Source: Ostreococcus lucimarinus (Eukaryota). From it: a stretch of 64,000 nucleotides of DNA. This document shows positions 1 through 10,162 of this stretch, one piece after another (the stretch's first letter is position 1; every line of letters begins with the position of its first letter). The stretch lies in the NCBI GenBank assembly GCA_000092065.1, contig CP000596.1, one strand, 5' to 3'. The notes under the pieces were generated by a model. It saw only the letters and a program-made list of their open reading frames with translations, ran no database searches and had not been told where the DNA came from. The position numbers were made by a program, and so were the translations under genes.

Positions 1-183
1 CCCTAAACCCTAAACCCTAAACCCTAAACCCTAAACCCTAAACCCTAAACCCTAAACCCTAAACCCTAAACCCTAAACCCTAAACCCTAAACCCTAAACC
101 CTAAACCCTAAACCCTAAACCCTAAACCCTAAACCCTAAACCCTAAACCCTAAACCCTAAACCCTAAACCCTAAACCCTAAAA
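1..183. repeat. Telomere: (CCCTAAA)n, about 26 perfect tandem copies (C-rich strand of TTTAGGG plant-type telomere), at a left chromosome end
   Basis: Perfect 7-mer array starts at base 1. The C-rich strand reads 5' to 3' inward from the end, which is the orientation expected at a left telomere. Confidence 0.97.
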
Positions 184-530
184 ATCGAACCCTAGTCCTC
201 CAAACCCTAGTTTACCCCGCCCTAACTCCAGTAGTCCTCCACCCAAAGCCAGTATCACACATTTCCAAAAAACCCAAACCGCGGCCTACGCCCGCGACGA
301 CGTAAAGGTCCGGGTCGCCGCCGGCACCCAGAGTTCCGCGAAACGCGCGCGTACACAGATGCAAATGCGTGTTTCATGCGTGTACGCAAAATTCCAGCGT
401 CGTCGACCGCCAGTGTAGTGGTTTCGGTGACCCCTTTACTCGCGCAACTTTCAGGGCGGCAAAAGCGTCATGTTCCAGAGACACTGCTAACCCTAGTTTC
501 TAACCCTAGTTTCTAACCCTAGTTTCAGGG
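184..530. repeat. Subtelomeric telomere-associated sequence with degenerate telomere-like units
   Basis: aaccctag, ccctaa and ccctag variants at 190-260; three tandem copies of taaccctagtttc at about 488-527; no ORF with recognisable coding content before 1532. Confidence 0.7.
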
Positions 531-1531
531 AGGCGCGTGCGGGCGACGCGCGCTGGGAGACGACGCGGGACGACGACTGCGACGTGGGTCAATCGTTTTG
601 AATTCCTGTTTTTTCTATTTTTAGCCCGCGATCGTTCATTCGCGATCCCCGTGTGGTTCGCGCATGTGCATCTACACGCGCTCGCTCGCGAATGTCACAT
701 CGCGCAAACGAGAAAACGCCTAAAAAACGCTCGAGAAACGGCACTGTTCGGCGCGCGCGTCCCGGCGCGACGGGGCGTCGCGCGTGTCGTTTCGAGCACA
801 TATACTCTCGCGCGTGCGCCTTACACGTTTTCGCGTGCGTCGCTCGTGCGCGCGCGCTCACACGCGCGCGAAGCGGCGACATTTCGCGCGGTTCCGAGGT
901 GCGTTTCCGCCCGAGGGTGTCTCGGCGTCGCGACTGCGAGTCGCGAGGCGCCAGTGAGCACCGCGACGAGCTCGTGGTGAGCGTTCGACCTCGCAGGTCC
1001 GCGCGTGCGTTCGCGTGTACGCGTTCCGCGGCGCTCGCGGGCGGCGCCGGCGCGCGGCGCGCATGCACTCGCGACTGATTTCCCGAGGCGCGCGCGTTTC
1101 GCGAAGTCGAGGTTCTCGTGCCGACCTCACTGCACGGCGCGCGCTCCATTACGCAGGCGTAACCTGTGCGACGACACGCGCGATGAACTCAGCCGGACGC
1201 GGCATCCATCCACGCTCACGTGCGCCACCTCGTCGCAGTTTCACTCCGCGGCGCGGACGACGCGGGCGCCTCGGAGACGCCGCGCGTGTTCGACGCGTTG
1301 GATTGGATCCAACGCGCGGTGACGGGCCGGAAACGCGCGCGCGACGATGCGGATGCGAAAGATCTGGGAAGCGACAGAGACCAGCGACGGCGGCTGCACG
1401 ACGCGGACGGCGCGGATGTTGGGCGATTCGTCGCGCAGATTCCGGTAGTAGGTCACAGCGACGCGCGACCTCACAGCGACGCCCGTTGGCGTCCCCGTTC
1501 CCACGATCCAGCTCGCTCGGCGATTTTTCAT

Positions 1532-3061
1532 TCACTTGGTGTCCGCACCGACGGTGTTCCAAGGAATGGACACGTTCGCGAATACGTTTTTGGTGCACTC
1601 CGCGCGGCGGCGGCGGAGTTGACGTTCGACGCCGAGCGCGGTGGCCCAAAACGCGTCGCCGACGAGCGGTCGGCGACGGTAGAGAAACAACGGCAACACC
1701 ATCTGTAGTCGCATGTGCATCGCGTCCCAATCCGAATTCGCACGCTCCAACGCGTCTGGTATCGTTTGAAAGTCCCTCTCGGGTATCATCACCGAAAACG
1801 CCGACCAATCGACGAGCCAACTGAGCGGTAATTCATAGTCGTCGGCGAGAATCACCGGCACGCATCCAAAGAGCATGGACTCGATCAATCGCGGACTGTG
1901 CACGCGCGTCCCGCGCATGTACAGGCAGAATCTCGAGTTTTTCATCTTCGCGGTGTATTCTTTCGACGTGGAACAACTCGGACCCAAGTCATACATCTGG
2001 CCGCGCGTATTTTTGAGCAAGAAGTCCGCGATCTCGCGACGATTCGGAAACGAATTGATCGCCCCTCGAAACATTAATAGAGTCTCTCTCTCGGCGTTGG
2101 CGAACGCTCTCCGTCTCGCCGCGTGCAGCGGTATCACAAAACTCAAACTATTGATGGCGCTGACGTCCTTATCGGGATGAAACGGTGCTTGCGAAGTGTG
2201 CGGACGCGAGGGTGAGATTGTCTCGGACGACGCGACGACAAACGTCGTCGATAAGATGACATCCTTGTGTCGCAACAGAGACATCGTGCTCGAACCGTGA
2301 GTAATGACGGAAAAGCGACTGCAACTTTCACCGCTCCTCACCCACGCGTTCGGATCTTCGGCCGACGCGTAGTCTATCGCGTGTTTCACACCTCGAGCCA
2401 TCGCGCTTCGACCTTTTTCCGAAAAATGTCTCAACTTGTCCATGACGCGATCAAAGTACGGATTTAAAGGCAACAAGTAGGCGTCGTTGACGTCATCGAC
2501 GCTCGAAGCGCACGATGAAAACGGACCGTTTTGGAAGTTTCGATTCAGAAAGTCCTCCACGTCGAACGCACGATTCCAGTTCATCGCCACTCGTCGAATG
2601 AGAGCGTTGCGCACTCGCGTCCGCGTCGGTTGCCTGAACGATTTCACGCAGAGTCGTCGTGGTAAACTTTCCATGGATGCACACAGCCCGGTGAAACCAT
2701 CGTATCCCGAAGAGCGTCGTAAAGGAAAATCTTTACCATCACCGACGCCACCGTCCGAGCACATCGCGCGAAACGTTGGAAATCCGTACTCATCGAATCG
2801 CGTCGCCGCGTCTCGACGATATCCGCCGCCGCCGCGACGACCCACGAGATGCCTCATCAAAGACCACGCGTCGAGCAGCTGCCCCTCACTCGCCGACCGG
2901 AACTCCCGCACGTGCACACTTCGCACGCCCACCGACATCATCGCGAGGGACGTGATCGCGGAAAATAGAAACAACGCCATCAACACGACGCGCAGTGACC
3001 GCATGGTGACGCTCACGCGCGCGCCCAGCCGCTCGAACGCGCGCACCACACCCGGGCTCAT
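1532..3061 (-). CDS. Exostosin-family (GT47) glycosyltransferase, type II membrane protein
   Basis: 509 aa. N-terminal signal anchor (VVLMALFLFSAITSLAMM). C-terminal exostosin motif RFCLYMRGTRVHSPRLIESMLFGCVPVILADDYELP. ATG at 3059-3061 and TGA stop at 1532-1534. Confidence 0.8.
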   Translation of the reverse strand: MSPGVVRAFERLGARVSVTMRSLRVVLMALFLFSAITSLAMMSVGVRSVHVREFRSASEGQLLDAWSLMRHLVGRRGGGGYRRDAATRFDEYGFPTFRAMCSDGGVGDGKDFPLRRSSGYDGFTGLCASMESLPRRLCVKSFRQPTRTRVRNALIRRVAMNWNRAFDVEDFLNRNFQNGPFSSCASSVDDVNDAYLLPLNPYFDRVMDKLRHFSEKGRSAMARGVKHAIDYASAEDPNAWVRSGESCSRFSVITHGSSTMSLLRHKDVILSTTFVVASSETISPSRPHTSQAPFHPDKDVSAINSLSFVIPLHAARRRAFANAERETLLMFRGAINSFPNRREIADFLLKNTRGQMYDLGPSCSTSKEYTAKMKNSRFCLYMRGTRVHSPRLIESMLFGCVPVILADDYELPLSWLVDWSAFSVMIPERDFQTIPDALERANSDWDAMHMRLQMVLPLFLYRRRPLVGDAFWATALGVERQLRRRRAECTKNVFANVSIPWNTVGADTK

Positions 3062-3273
3062 CGCGCGGTGACCGCGGCATCACCAGGGGTGCGGTGACCC
3101 ACCGCACCCGCCGTCGAGCGACCCGGCGACGCGCGCGTCACCGCGACCCACGGCGCACGTCCAAGTGGCGGGCGTCTCCCACGATGTGCGGTGCGTGCGT
3201 GACGCGCGCCTCAAAGTGTCGTCACTCCTTTTGTTTGCCACGCGCCGATTGGATCTCCTATCAACTTTACAAC

Positions 3274-6200
3274 TCATTTCTTTCTACACGAAAGCGACCT
3301 TCGCGCCGATTTGAGTTGTTGATTCAGCGACGTCTGCACGTCGAAGGCGCCGAATATATCAAGATGGTATCTACCCGATTTTTCGAGCGACTCCACTTCG
3401 GCTCGACCGAGTATGTCATCGAGCGCGCCACGCACGGACGTCTCGATTCGCACGTCCCCGCATACGTACACGTGTCCGCCTCCTTTAATCAAATCGCGAA
3501 TCCCGTCGCCGTTCTCGCGCATCACGGCGTCGACGTACATTTTCGGCAAGTCTGGCTCGCGAGAATACCCGACGAGGTACGCTGTCAACGCGCCATTTTC
3601 GGCGGCGATTTCCATCTCGTCGCGATACAACTGATTTCCTCGCGTTCGACATCCCACAATAAGCCATGCGTCGCTCCTTTGTTCAGGCGCCATGCACGCG
3701 CGATGATCGACGAACCCCTTAAAGGGCGCTATCCCAGTCCCGCCAGCGATCATCAGAATCGGCACCTTCGGAGACCGCGGCAATCGAAACGCCGGCGCCG
3801 GGAGCATCTCGACCATGACGTTTGTGCGCAAGGGCAACGTCGCCAAGAAATCAGAACAGAAGCCGAGATGCATGTGCGAATTCACGCCGTCGCCATTCCT
3901 GTACGTCACACGTCCGACGGTTAAAGAAAACACGTTATTTCCGACGGCGCGCGGCGAGCTCGAGACGGAGTAATAACGCGCGCGAAGTTTTGGTATCTTG
4001 AGAAGAATGTCTCGCAGCATTTCGATGCCCACCGCCTTGTCACGGCGATGCGTCGCGCTCAACGTCGGAAATTGATCGAAGAGTGTAGATATCCGCGCGC
4101 CAGTCTGCGAAATCCACTCTCGCCGCGCGTCTTCATCGAGTGCCAAGTTTTCCATTTGTGCTTTGCACGTTTCGTCGTCGACGTAATGCGCGAGGGCTTG
4201 CAGCAACTCCGCCGATGGCTCTTTGTTGATATCCAGCACCGTAGTGAAAAGATAACCGGCACCGACTGGGTTCGGAATGCTCGAGTCGAGTGAATTCTCA
4301 AAGATTTCTGATTCGTCCAGAGGAACTAGTTCGATTTGATCGTCAAAGTCGATGCCAAAGTGCGCGACGAAATAGCGCGCGCGCGCTTCGCTCGTTCGAG
4401 GGTACACTGAAACATGATCGCCGGGTTTGTAAAACTCGGTGTCTCGATGCCCGCGCGGTAAGGTGAGTGTCACGGCGACAGTGTTCAATCTACTACCGTC
4501 GCCGAGCACGACTCGATCGGTTAACGTCGCCGGCACGCCTGCTCGATGGTCAGCCGTGTGGTCTCGTCCGTGCACGTCACGGCGACGCACGTTCAAGACA
4601 AACGACGGTTGAAGCCGCGCCCCGCTTACAAGCTGATTGGTCAAAAGATCGCGCAGCGACGCGGTAATGCGCTCGTGTTTGTGGAACCAATTGAACAGAC
4701 TCTTCGTGAACTCGTGCACGCTGGCGTCTTCACCCTCGAGCTGATCGGCGCAAACCATAGGAAACATCTCTTTCGCGTCGGCTTCGCGGAGTGCCATCGC
4801 GAACTGCTTGCCACCGCCGCAAAACTTTGGATAGGCGCGCGAGCCGAACGCGCACAACGCGAAATTTTTGTCTTTCAACGCCTCGCGCGCTCCGTCACTA
4901 CGGCACCACTCGATGAACCTTTCCGACCCCGTCGGAACTGCCCCCGACCCCGTGGTCGACGCGAGCACGATTACGAATTCAACGCGCTCGAGCGCTTTCA
5001 AAAGGTCGTCACTTCGCAGGTCAGGATTCGCGACGTTGATTGGCCGAATCATCGGAAATCTTTGCCTCAAGAACAACCACAGCCATGACGCGCGTGCTTG
5101 CGTGCGGCCTCCGTCCGAAGCGTACAGAATAAGCGCTCCCTTTACTCGCACCATGCGCTTGCGCCACTTCGCCGCCGCGACGGCGACGTGCATCGCCGCT
5201 TGAGACAGCCCAGAAGCGGTGAAGAAGTTGGCGCGCCGCGCGCGAATCACGAGTTGATTCAGACTCATACCGCCGACGAGCGCCGGTTTCAGCGTATACT
5301 CCGTCATCTTGTTCAAGCCGAGATAAATCGAAGACGTCGAAGCCGCGGTGGGGGGTACGATCCACTTCCAATTTCCAGGCGCATAGCCGCGATCTTTCAT
5401 CTCATCCGCGTACCACTGCGCAAAGGATTCGGCGCACGTGTGATGGTCAGCGATGCTCACACGCGCGCGCTTGAAAGAATACAGAACGGCGTAATTTATC
5501 GCAGCGAGCGCGTGATCTTTCCATAAAGTTTCGTTCGTAGACGTGTCGATGCCCATCGCTTTGGCAATTCGTGGCGCGAAATTATATCGCGACTCGTCGC
5601 AAAAGTTGCGCGTCGCTATCTCAGTCACCATGTACCAACCGTTGAAGGGCGCGGCCGTGTAATGCAAACCACCGAGATCGAGCGTGATGTTCGACACGGC
5701 TGGGATGCCATACCAGCGCAATCCGAGCTGCGAGATGCCAGGAATCGTAGGGTGGTGAATCGGTACCTCGAGCAAGCACTCGTCGGGAAGTTCGTAAATG
5801 CTCGGCGGCGTCGAAGGACTGATTTGCACCACAATCGGAAGCGGATCGAACGGAGTCTCCGCACCGCCTTTCGGTACCCAATCGAAATACTTCTTCACGG
5901 AGTCGGTGAAGTGCAACTCTGCGGGGTCGCCGATTGTGGTTTCGTTCGGTCCTCGATGGCCCGCGTATCGAATGAGTTGCGAATTCCAAACGCGCGGTCC
6001 GTCTTCGGTGTTCGGCGTCTGCGGTTTAAACACCGTCATGAGCACCGGAATGTGATCACCGCCTATTCCACGCCTTAAGTGTTCCTTAATAGCCTCAAAC
6101 ATCTCGTCGTTCGTCTCGGCGTCTCGAGCGTCGATGACGTCGAGCGTCGCCCAGAATTTTCTATTAATGCACTTCGGCGCGTTGCGCCACGCGATTCGCG

Positions 6201-6669
6201 CGCCCCAACGAATCTCGTCCAGCGTGTGCGCATACGTCCCCGTGGTGTCGATGGAGTCGAGTATGTGTTTTACTCGTGCATCCGTAATCTTTTCATCAAT
6301 CCCTCGTTCGTGACCGTACAACCGCGCGTACTCTTCGGCTTCTCTTCTCAGTTTGTTTCCCGCGCTCTCGCGCTTCGTCTTCGCCGCTTCCAACGGCTCG
6401 CACCCGCGCGGGCACACCGCGGGACGCTTTCCGTGCACGTATCCCGGGTACGGATCCACGGACACCTGCGTTCGAGCGTCAATCATCGCCAAATCGTCGT
6501 CAATCGCCGCGCTAACGGTTTCAACTCTGTTCTTCGTCGCGTCGCGTCGACGCACCGTGCCGTGCCCGAACGGACATCGTTGCACGGGTAATCGCGCATC
6601 GTCCGTCGCGCCGTCGTCGTCGTCGCCGTCGTCGTCGCCGCGTCGACCCCGCTTCGCGCGCGACGCCAT
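3274..6669 (-). CDS. NOS: Nitric oxide synthase: heme oxygenase domain, FMN/flavodoxin domain and FAD/NADPH reductase domain in one chain
   Basis: 1131 aa from ATG at 6669 (the track ORF begins with GTG at 6741). Oxygenase motifs WRNAPKCINRKFWATLDVIDARD (heme Cys) and GWYMVTEIATRNF; basic stretch KWRKRMVRVK between the domains; flavodoxin FGSRAYPKFCGG; FAD motif RYYSVSSSP; NADPH motifs GGTGIAPFKGF and YVCGD. Confidence 0.88.
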   Translation of the reverse strand: MASRAKRGRRGDDDGDDDDGATDDARLPVQRCPFGHGTVRRRDATKNRVETVSAAIDDDLAMIDARTQVSVDPYPGYVHGKRPAVCPRGCEPLEAAKTKRESAGNKLRREAEEYARLYGHERGIDEKITDARVKHILDSIDTTGTYAHTLDEIRWGARIAWRNAPKCINRKFWATLDVIDARDAETNDEMFEAIKEHLRRGIGGDHIPVLMTVFKPQTPNTEDGPRVWNSQLIRYAGHRGPNETTIGDPAELHFTDSVKKYFDWVPKGGAETPFDPLPIVVQISPSTPPSIYELPDECLLEVPIHHPTIPGISQLGLRWYGIPAVSNITLDLGGLHYTAAPFNGWYMVTEIATRNFCDESRYNFAPRIAKAMGIDTSTNETLWKDHALAAINYAVLYSFKRARVSIADHHTCAESFAQWYADEMKDRGYAPGNWKWIVPPTAASTSSIYLGLNKMTEYTLKPALVGGMSLNQLVIRARRANFFTASGLSQAAMHVAVAAAKWRKRMVRVKGALILYASDGGRTQARASWLWLFLRQRFPMIRPINVANPDLRSDDLLKALERVEFVIVLASTTGSGAVPTGSERFIEWCRSDGAREALKDKNFALCAFGSRAYPKFCGGGKQFAMALREADAKEMFPMVCADQLEGEDASVHEFTKSLFNWFHKHERITASLRDLLTNQLVSGARLQPSFVLNVRRRDVHGRDHTADHRAGVPATLTDRVVLGDGSRLNTVAVTLTLPRGHRDTEFYKPGDHVSVYPRTSEARARYFVAHFGIDFDDQIELVPLDESEIFENSLDSSIPNPVGAGYLFTTVLDINKEPSAELLQALAHYVDDETCKAQMENLALDEDARREWISQTGARISTLFDQFPTLSATHRRDKAVGIEMLRDILLKIPKLRARYYSVSSSPRAVGNNVFSLTVGRVTYRNGDGVNSHMHLGFCSDFLATLPLRTNVMVEMLPAPAFRLPRSPKVPILMIAGGTGIAPFKGFVDHRACMAPEQRSDAWLIVGCRTRGNQLYRDEMEIAAENGALTAYLVGYSREPDLPKMYVDAVMRENGDGIRDLIKGGGHVYVCGDVRIETSVRGALDDILGRAEVESLEKSGRYHLDIFGAFDVQTSLNQQLKSARRSLSCRKK

Positions 6670-6891
6670 CGCGACCGAGTGTGGGGCGGCAACGACCCGA
6701 CGACCGACTCGGCGCGCGGTCGGGCGTTTCGGTCCCGTCACTGCGCGTCGCGCGGACGCGTCGCGCGTCGCGTCGCGTCACCGCCGCGCGAGCGAATCGA
6801 GCGTCGGCGTCGCGGGGCGGGAGACGAAAGTCGCGACGAACGGTGGACCGCGTCCGCGACGGCGCGCGCGCGAACGGCGACGTCGCGCGCG

Positions 6892-8841
6892 ATGACGTCT
6901 TCGAAGGCGATGGCGGTGATGATGTGCGTCGCGATGCGTGTTTTTGACGCGCGCGGGGCGCTGGCGCAGACACCGACGTACGAGACGATCGCGACGAACG
7001 GCACGTTCACGTCGACCCGAACGCTGGCGCACGATGAGTACGCGTACTTTCAGTTTGCCATACCGGACGCCTCGAGCGACGCGGACGTCGCGTTGGAAGT
7101 CATCGACGGCGACGCCGATTTATACGTCAAACGACCGTGCACGTCGTCGACGTGCACGGCACCGAGTGAAAACTGGTGGAATTGGCGAAGTGTGCACAGC
7201 GCGGGCAGGGATGAAGTCTTCATACACGCAGAGGTATTGTCGTCGAACCAAATATCCGTCGGCGCGGACAAGTTTTTCCTAGTCGCCGTCCACGGATGGA
7301 CGATGCACGGGGCAACGTTCAAGTTGTCGGTCGAAATCGTGCCCGAGAATAGATTGTTGAATCCCGCGCAGACAGCCGCGCTCGAGGGCATTTTTACGAA
7401 ATGCTGCTCGTCGACGACGTCGTGCCCGGTTTGGAAAACTGCCAGAAGATACGGTTACGATCCCTGCCACTGGGGCTTGGCTGGATGCACGAAGGCGAAC
7501 GAGACGAAATGGTTGAATCTGCAGGGGCTGTACTTGGATTGCGAGCTCGGTTCATCCGACGTCAGCGCATTCGGGTCGTCGTTGCGTAGGCTGTATGTCG
7601 GACAAAACACGGCGCTGAAACTCGCCGACGAAGACGCGACGATTGGATTGTTGAAGGTGCTTCCGAATTTGGTAGAAATAGACGTCACCGGAATCGATCT
7701 ACAGGGGCGAACCGTGGATGGACTGTGTCACGCATCGGTGAGCGCGAACTTGACGCGTATCGGTTTGAACACGGCGAACGTGTCGGGTGCGTTGTCACAG
7801 TGCGTGGTGGATAAACCTCAGTTGATGGATCTCGCGATGCAGTACAATTACTTGACCGGAACGCTGCCATCACTACCATCGTCGTCCAACTTACGAACGT
7901 TGTATCTCCACGAGCAAAGGTCGGCAGACAGCATCAGCGGCGTTCTACCGCCGTCGTACGTCAGCTCGACGACGCTCGAGCACTTGTGGCTGACCAATCT
8001 GAAACTCTCGGGCGCGTTGCCCGACGTGTTTTCGCCGACAGGCGTGTGGCGAGAGATATACTTGAACAAAAATGCATTTAACGGTACGATTCCAGCGTCT
8101 CTGGGCTCGCAGCGATATCTGCCGGTGCTCGACTTGTCCTTCAACGCGTTCTCAGGAGCGGTTCCCGGCGGTATTTACGATCACCCGAACCGCACGCACG
8201 TTGGCATCAAGTCGAACAAATTGACGCAAGTGAGCGTGTCCTCAATCCACAGCCCGCCGGGCGCGTCGCTGATACGTCTCGATGCGTCCAAAAACGTAGT
8301 CAACGAGACGGGCGTGTCGACGATATTCACTCGAATGCCGAAGCTGCAGTATCTCTACTTGAACGACAATGAACTTCACGGCGTCATCTTGGACGACTCG
8401 ACGACGCCGGTTTGGGCGCTTCGGCAATTAGACGTGAGTACAAACTATCTCGAAGGCGAAATTCCTGGCGCCTCGTATTGGGGTAAAATCTTCACGTCGA
8501 GCGCGCCCGCGGGACGAAAGTTTGACATATCGCAAAACCTGTACACCAGAGCCCCATCCTGGTTCGGCGCTTACACCGGCGATTCTGGTCTGACGATCAC
8601 ACTGGGCAGCGGGTTGTACGATCCATCCTCCGATCCCGACGCCGCGCTCGCGTCTGCGAATGCAAAGCCTACGGTGTCGAAATTCATGCTAGCGCTGTTG
8701 CTCATAACGCTCTTCGCCATGAGTGGACTGGGCCTGTACTTGGGCATTTATATCTTGGTGCAACGGCGAAATCGGGCGCACGCGAATCGCTTTAGGCAGT
8801 TTCATGACTTTGACCAAGGTCAAGGCGTCGAGATGGCGTAA
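6892..8841 (+). CDS. Leucine-rich-repeat receptor-like membrane protein with an N-terminal PPC-like domain
   Basis: 649 aa from ATG at 6892. Signal-peptide-like N-terminus (MTSSKAMAVMMCVAMRVF). EVIDGDADLYV pre-peptidase-C-terminal-like motif. Plant-type LRRs (LTGTLPS, NAFNGTIPASLGS, LDLSFNAFSGAVPGGI). C-terminal TM helix LALLLITLFAMSGLGLYLGIYILV followed by a basic tail. Confidence 0.6.
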   Translation: MTSSKAMAVMMCVAMRVFDARGALAQTPTYETIATNGTFTSTRTLAHDEYAYFQFAIPDASSDADVALEVIDGDADLYVKRPCTSSTCTAPSENWWNWRSVHSAGRDEVFIHAEVLSSNQISVGADKFFLVAVHGWTMHGATFKLSVEIVPENRLLNPAQTAALEGIFTKCCSSTTSCPVWKTARRYGYDPCHWGLAGCTKANETKWLNLQGLYLDCELGSSDVSAFGSSLRRLYVGQNTALKLADEDATIGLLKVLPNLVEIDVTGIDLQGRTVDGLCHASVSANLTRIGLNTANVSGALSQCVVDKPQLMDLAMQYNYLTGTLPSLPSSSNLRTLYLHEQRSADSISGVLPPSYVSSTTLEHLWLTNLKLSGALPDVFSPTGVWREIYLNKNAFNGTIPASLGSQRYLPVLDLSFNAFSGAVPGGIYDHPNRTHVGIKSNKLTQVSVSSIHSPPGASLIRLDASKNVVNETGVSTIFTRMPKLQYLYLNDNELHGVILDDSTTPVWALRQLDVSTNYLEGEIPGASYWGKIFTSSAPAGRKFDISQNLYTRAPSWFGAYTGDSGLTITLGSGLYDPSSDPDAALASANAKPTVSKFMLALLLITLFAMSGLGLYLGIYILVQRRNRAHANRFRQFHDFDQGQGVEMA

Positions 8842-8870
8842 CGACGCGATCGAACATGTCCGCGCCGTGA

Positions 8871-8924
8871 ATTCCTTCATTCCTTCATTCCTTCATTCCT
8901 TCATTTCTTCATTTGTAACACATA
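8871..8924. repeat. Microsatellite (TTCATTCC)n, about 5 units, in the convergent 3' region between the LRR and LDAH genes
   Basis: attccttcattccttcattccttcattccttcatttcttcattt. Confidence 0.8.
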
Positions 8925-8936
8925 CTAGAGCTGCTG

Positions 8937-10022
8937 TTAAAATCTATGCGCGAGTTTCGCCGTTTGTTTCGCGACGAGCTCGGCCGCGGCGTCGTTGACG
9001 ACGAAATCGTGCTTGACGCTGAGATCATCGACTGTGAACACGCCCACGTCTAACGCTGCGAGAGCATCACGCTGGTGAAACGGTGCCCAGTGATCGTCGT
9101 GTGCGTACACCGCGACAAAGCGCCCGTTATCCGCGCCTCGGCGAACGAGCGCGCACTCGCTCACCGGCGTCGTCAATTGCGCGAACTCGGTCCGCCCCAT
9201 GAATACCATATTTATCAGACTTTGCCATCTCAGCCATGCGCTGGTGATGTCCGCGGCGGCGCTATCCATGGATTTTGTCACAGTATTCTTCAACAACGCC
9301 AATCGAACGCCCGGAGCGACGAATCGTAACGCGTCTAAAAATCGTCCAAGCGCGTGCACAACGACGGATAATCGAGTCACGAAACTCAGACTCGATTGCA
9401 GCGTGCTTTGCGTGTTGACGTGAAGAAACGGCATCAAGCCCACCACACCGCTCACCCTGTCAAATCCGAGCTCAGACATCGCGTGAAGCGCCAAGTGAGC
9501 TCCGATACTGTGACCGACGACGACGACGGGCTCTGGCCCTTCGTCGTCGCAACATCGGTCGATGTATTCGCATACGTGCGTCTTTTGCTCATCCAACGAG
9601 AACCACTCGCTACGTCCACGGCGTTCGGCCTCGGTGTGTCCCAAATAACCGACGACGTCGACCCTCACGGCGTCCAACTCGTCGCACAGCGTTTTCGCGA
9701 ACGTCGCGTAAAACGCCGCGCAACCGGGATTACCTGGCACCACGAAGACGCGCGGGCCTTTCCCGTCAGCGCGTCGCGCGCGAATGATTTCGTACTCACA
9801 CCCTGTGAGCGTGGACGACGACGTCGAAGCCGACGCGGACGACGCGGCGCGGTCGCGAACGATGTCGCGCGAGACTCTGGTGAAACTTTCCACAACCGTT
9901 AAAGACGGCGACGCCATCGTCGTCAGCGCGCGTCCACGACGTCGGGTCGGACGCGTGAACGACGATGACACCGATGGTGATCTCGTGTGCGACAGCGCGC
10001 GCGCGAGACGGCTCGAAACCAT
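8937..10022 (-). CDS. Alpha/beta hydrolase of the lipid-droplet-associated hydrolase (LDAH/UPF0554) type
   Basis: 361 aa. VFVVPGNPGCAAFY motif followed by the nucleophile elbow VVVVGHSIGAHLAL. Real ATG at 10020-10022. Confidence 0.6.
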   Translation of the reverse strand: MVSSRLARALSHTRSPSVSSSFTRPTRRRGRALTTMASPSLTVVESFTRVSRDIVRDRAASSASASTSSSTLTGCEYEIIRARRADGKGPRVFVVPGNPGCAAFYATFAKTLCDELDAVRVDVVGYLGHTEAERRGRSEWFSLDEQKTHVCEYIDRCCDDEGPEPVVVVGHSIGAHLALHAMSELGFDRVSGVVGLMPFLHVNTQSTLQSSLSFVTRLSVVVHALGRFLDALRFVAPGVRLALLKNTVTKSMDSAAADITSAWLRWQSLINMVFMGRTEFAQLTTPVSECALVRRGADNGRFVAVYAHDDHWAPFHQRDALAALDVGVFTVDDLSVKHDFVVNDAAAELVAKQTAKLAHRF

Positions 10023-10162
10023 GCGTCGCGGTGTGCGGGGACGGGCGCGCCGTTAACCCTAGTCGCGCGCGCGAAATCGCGAGGTGGATTTTCATAGAAC
10101 CCACCGGTGGGCTTTGCATCTACAATGTCTACGTCTACGCACGGTGAATGGCGCCGATTACG

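Noticed and set aside
186-1531. Several 90-270-aa ORFs on both strands in the subtelomere (for example 1015-1824 plus and 589-1149 minus)
   Set aside because: All are Arg/Ala-rich with no domain, overlap each other in multiple frames, and lie in degenerate repeat sequence.
3094-3924. 276-aa plus-strand ORF opposite the NOS 3' end
   Set aside because: It is antisense to the NOS reductase domain, with no homology and Arg/His-rich composition.
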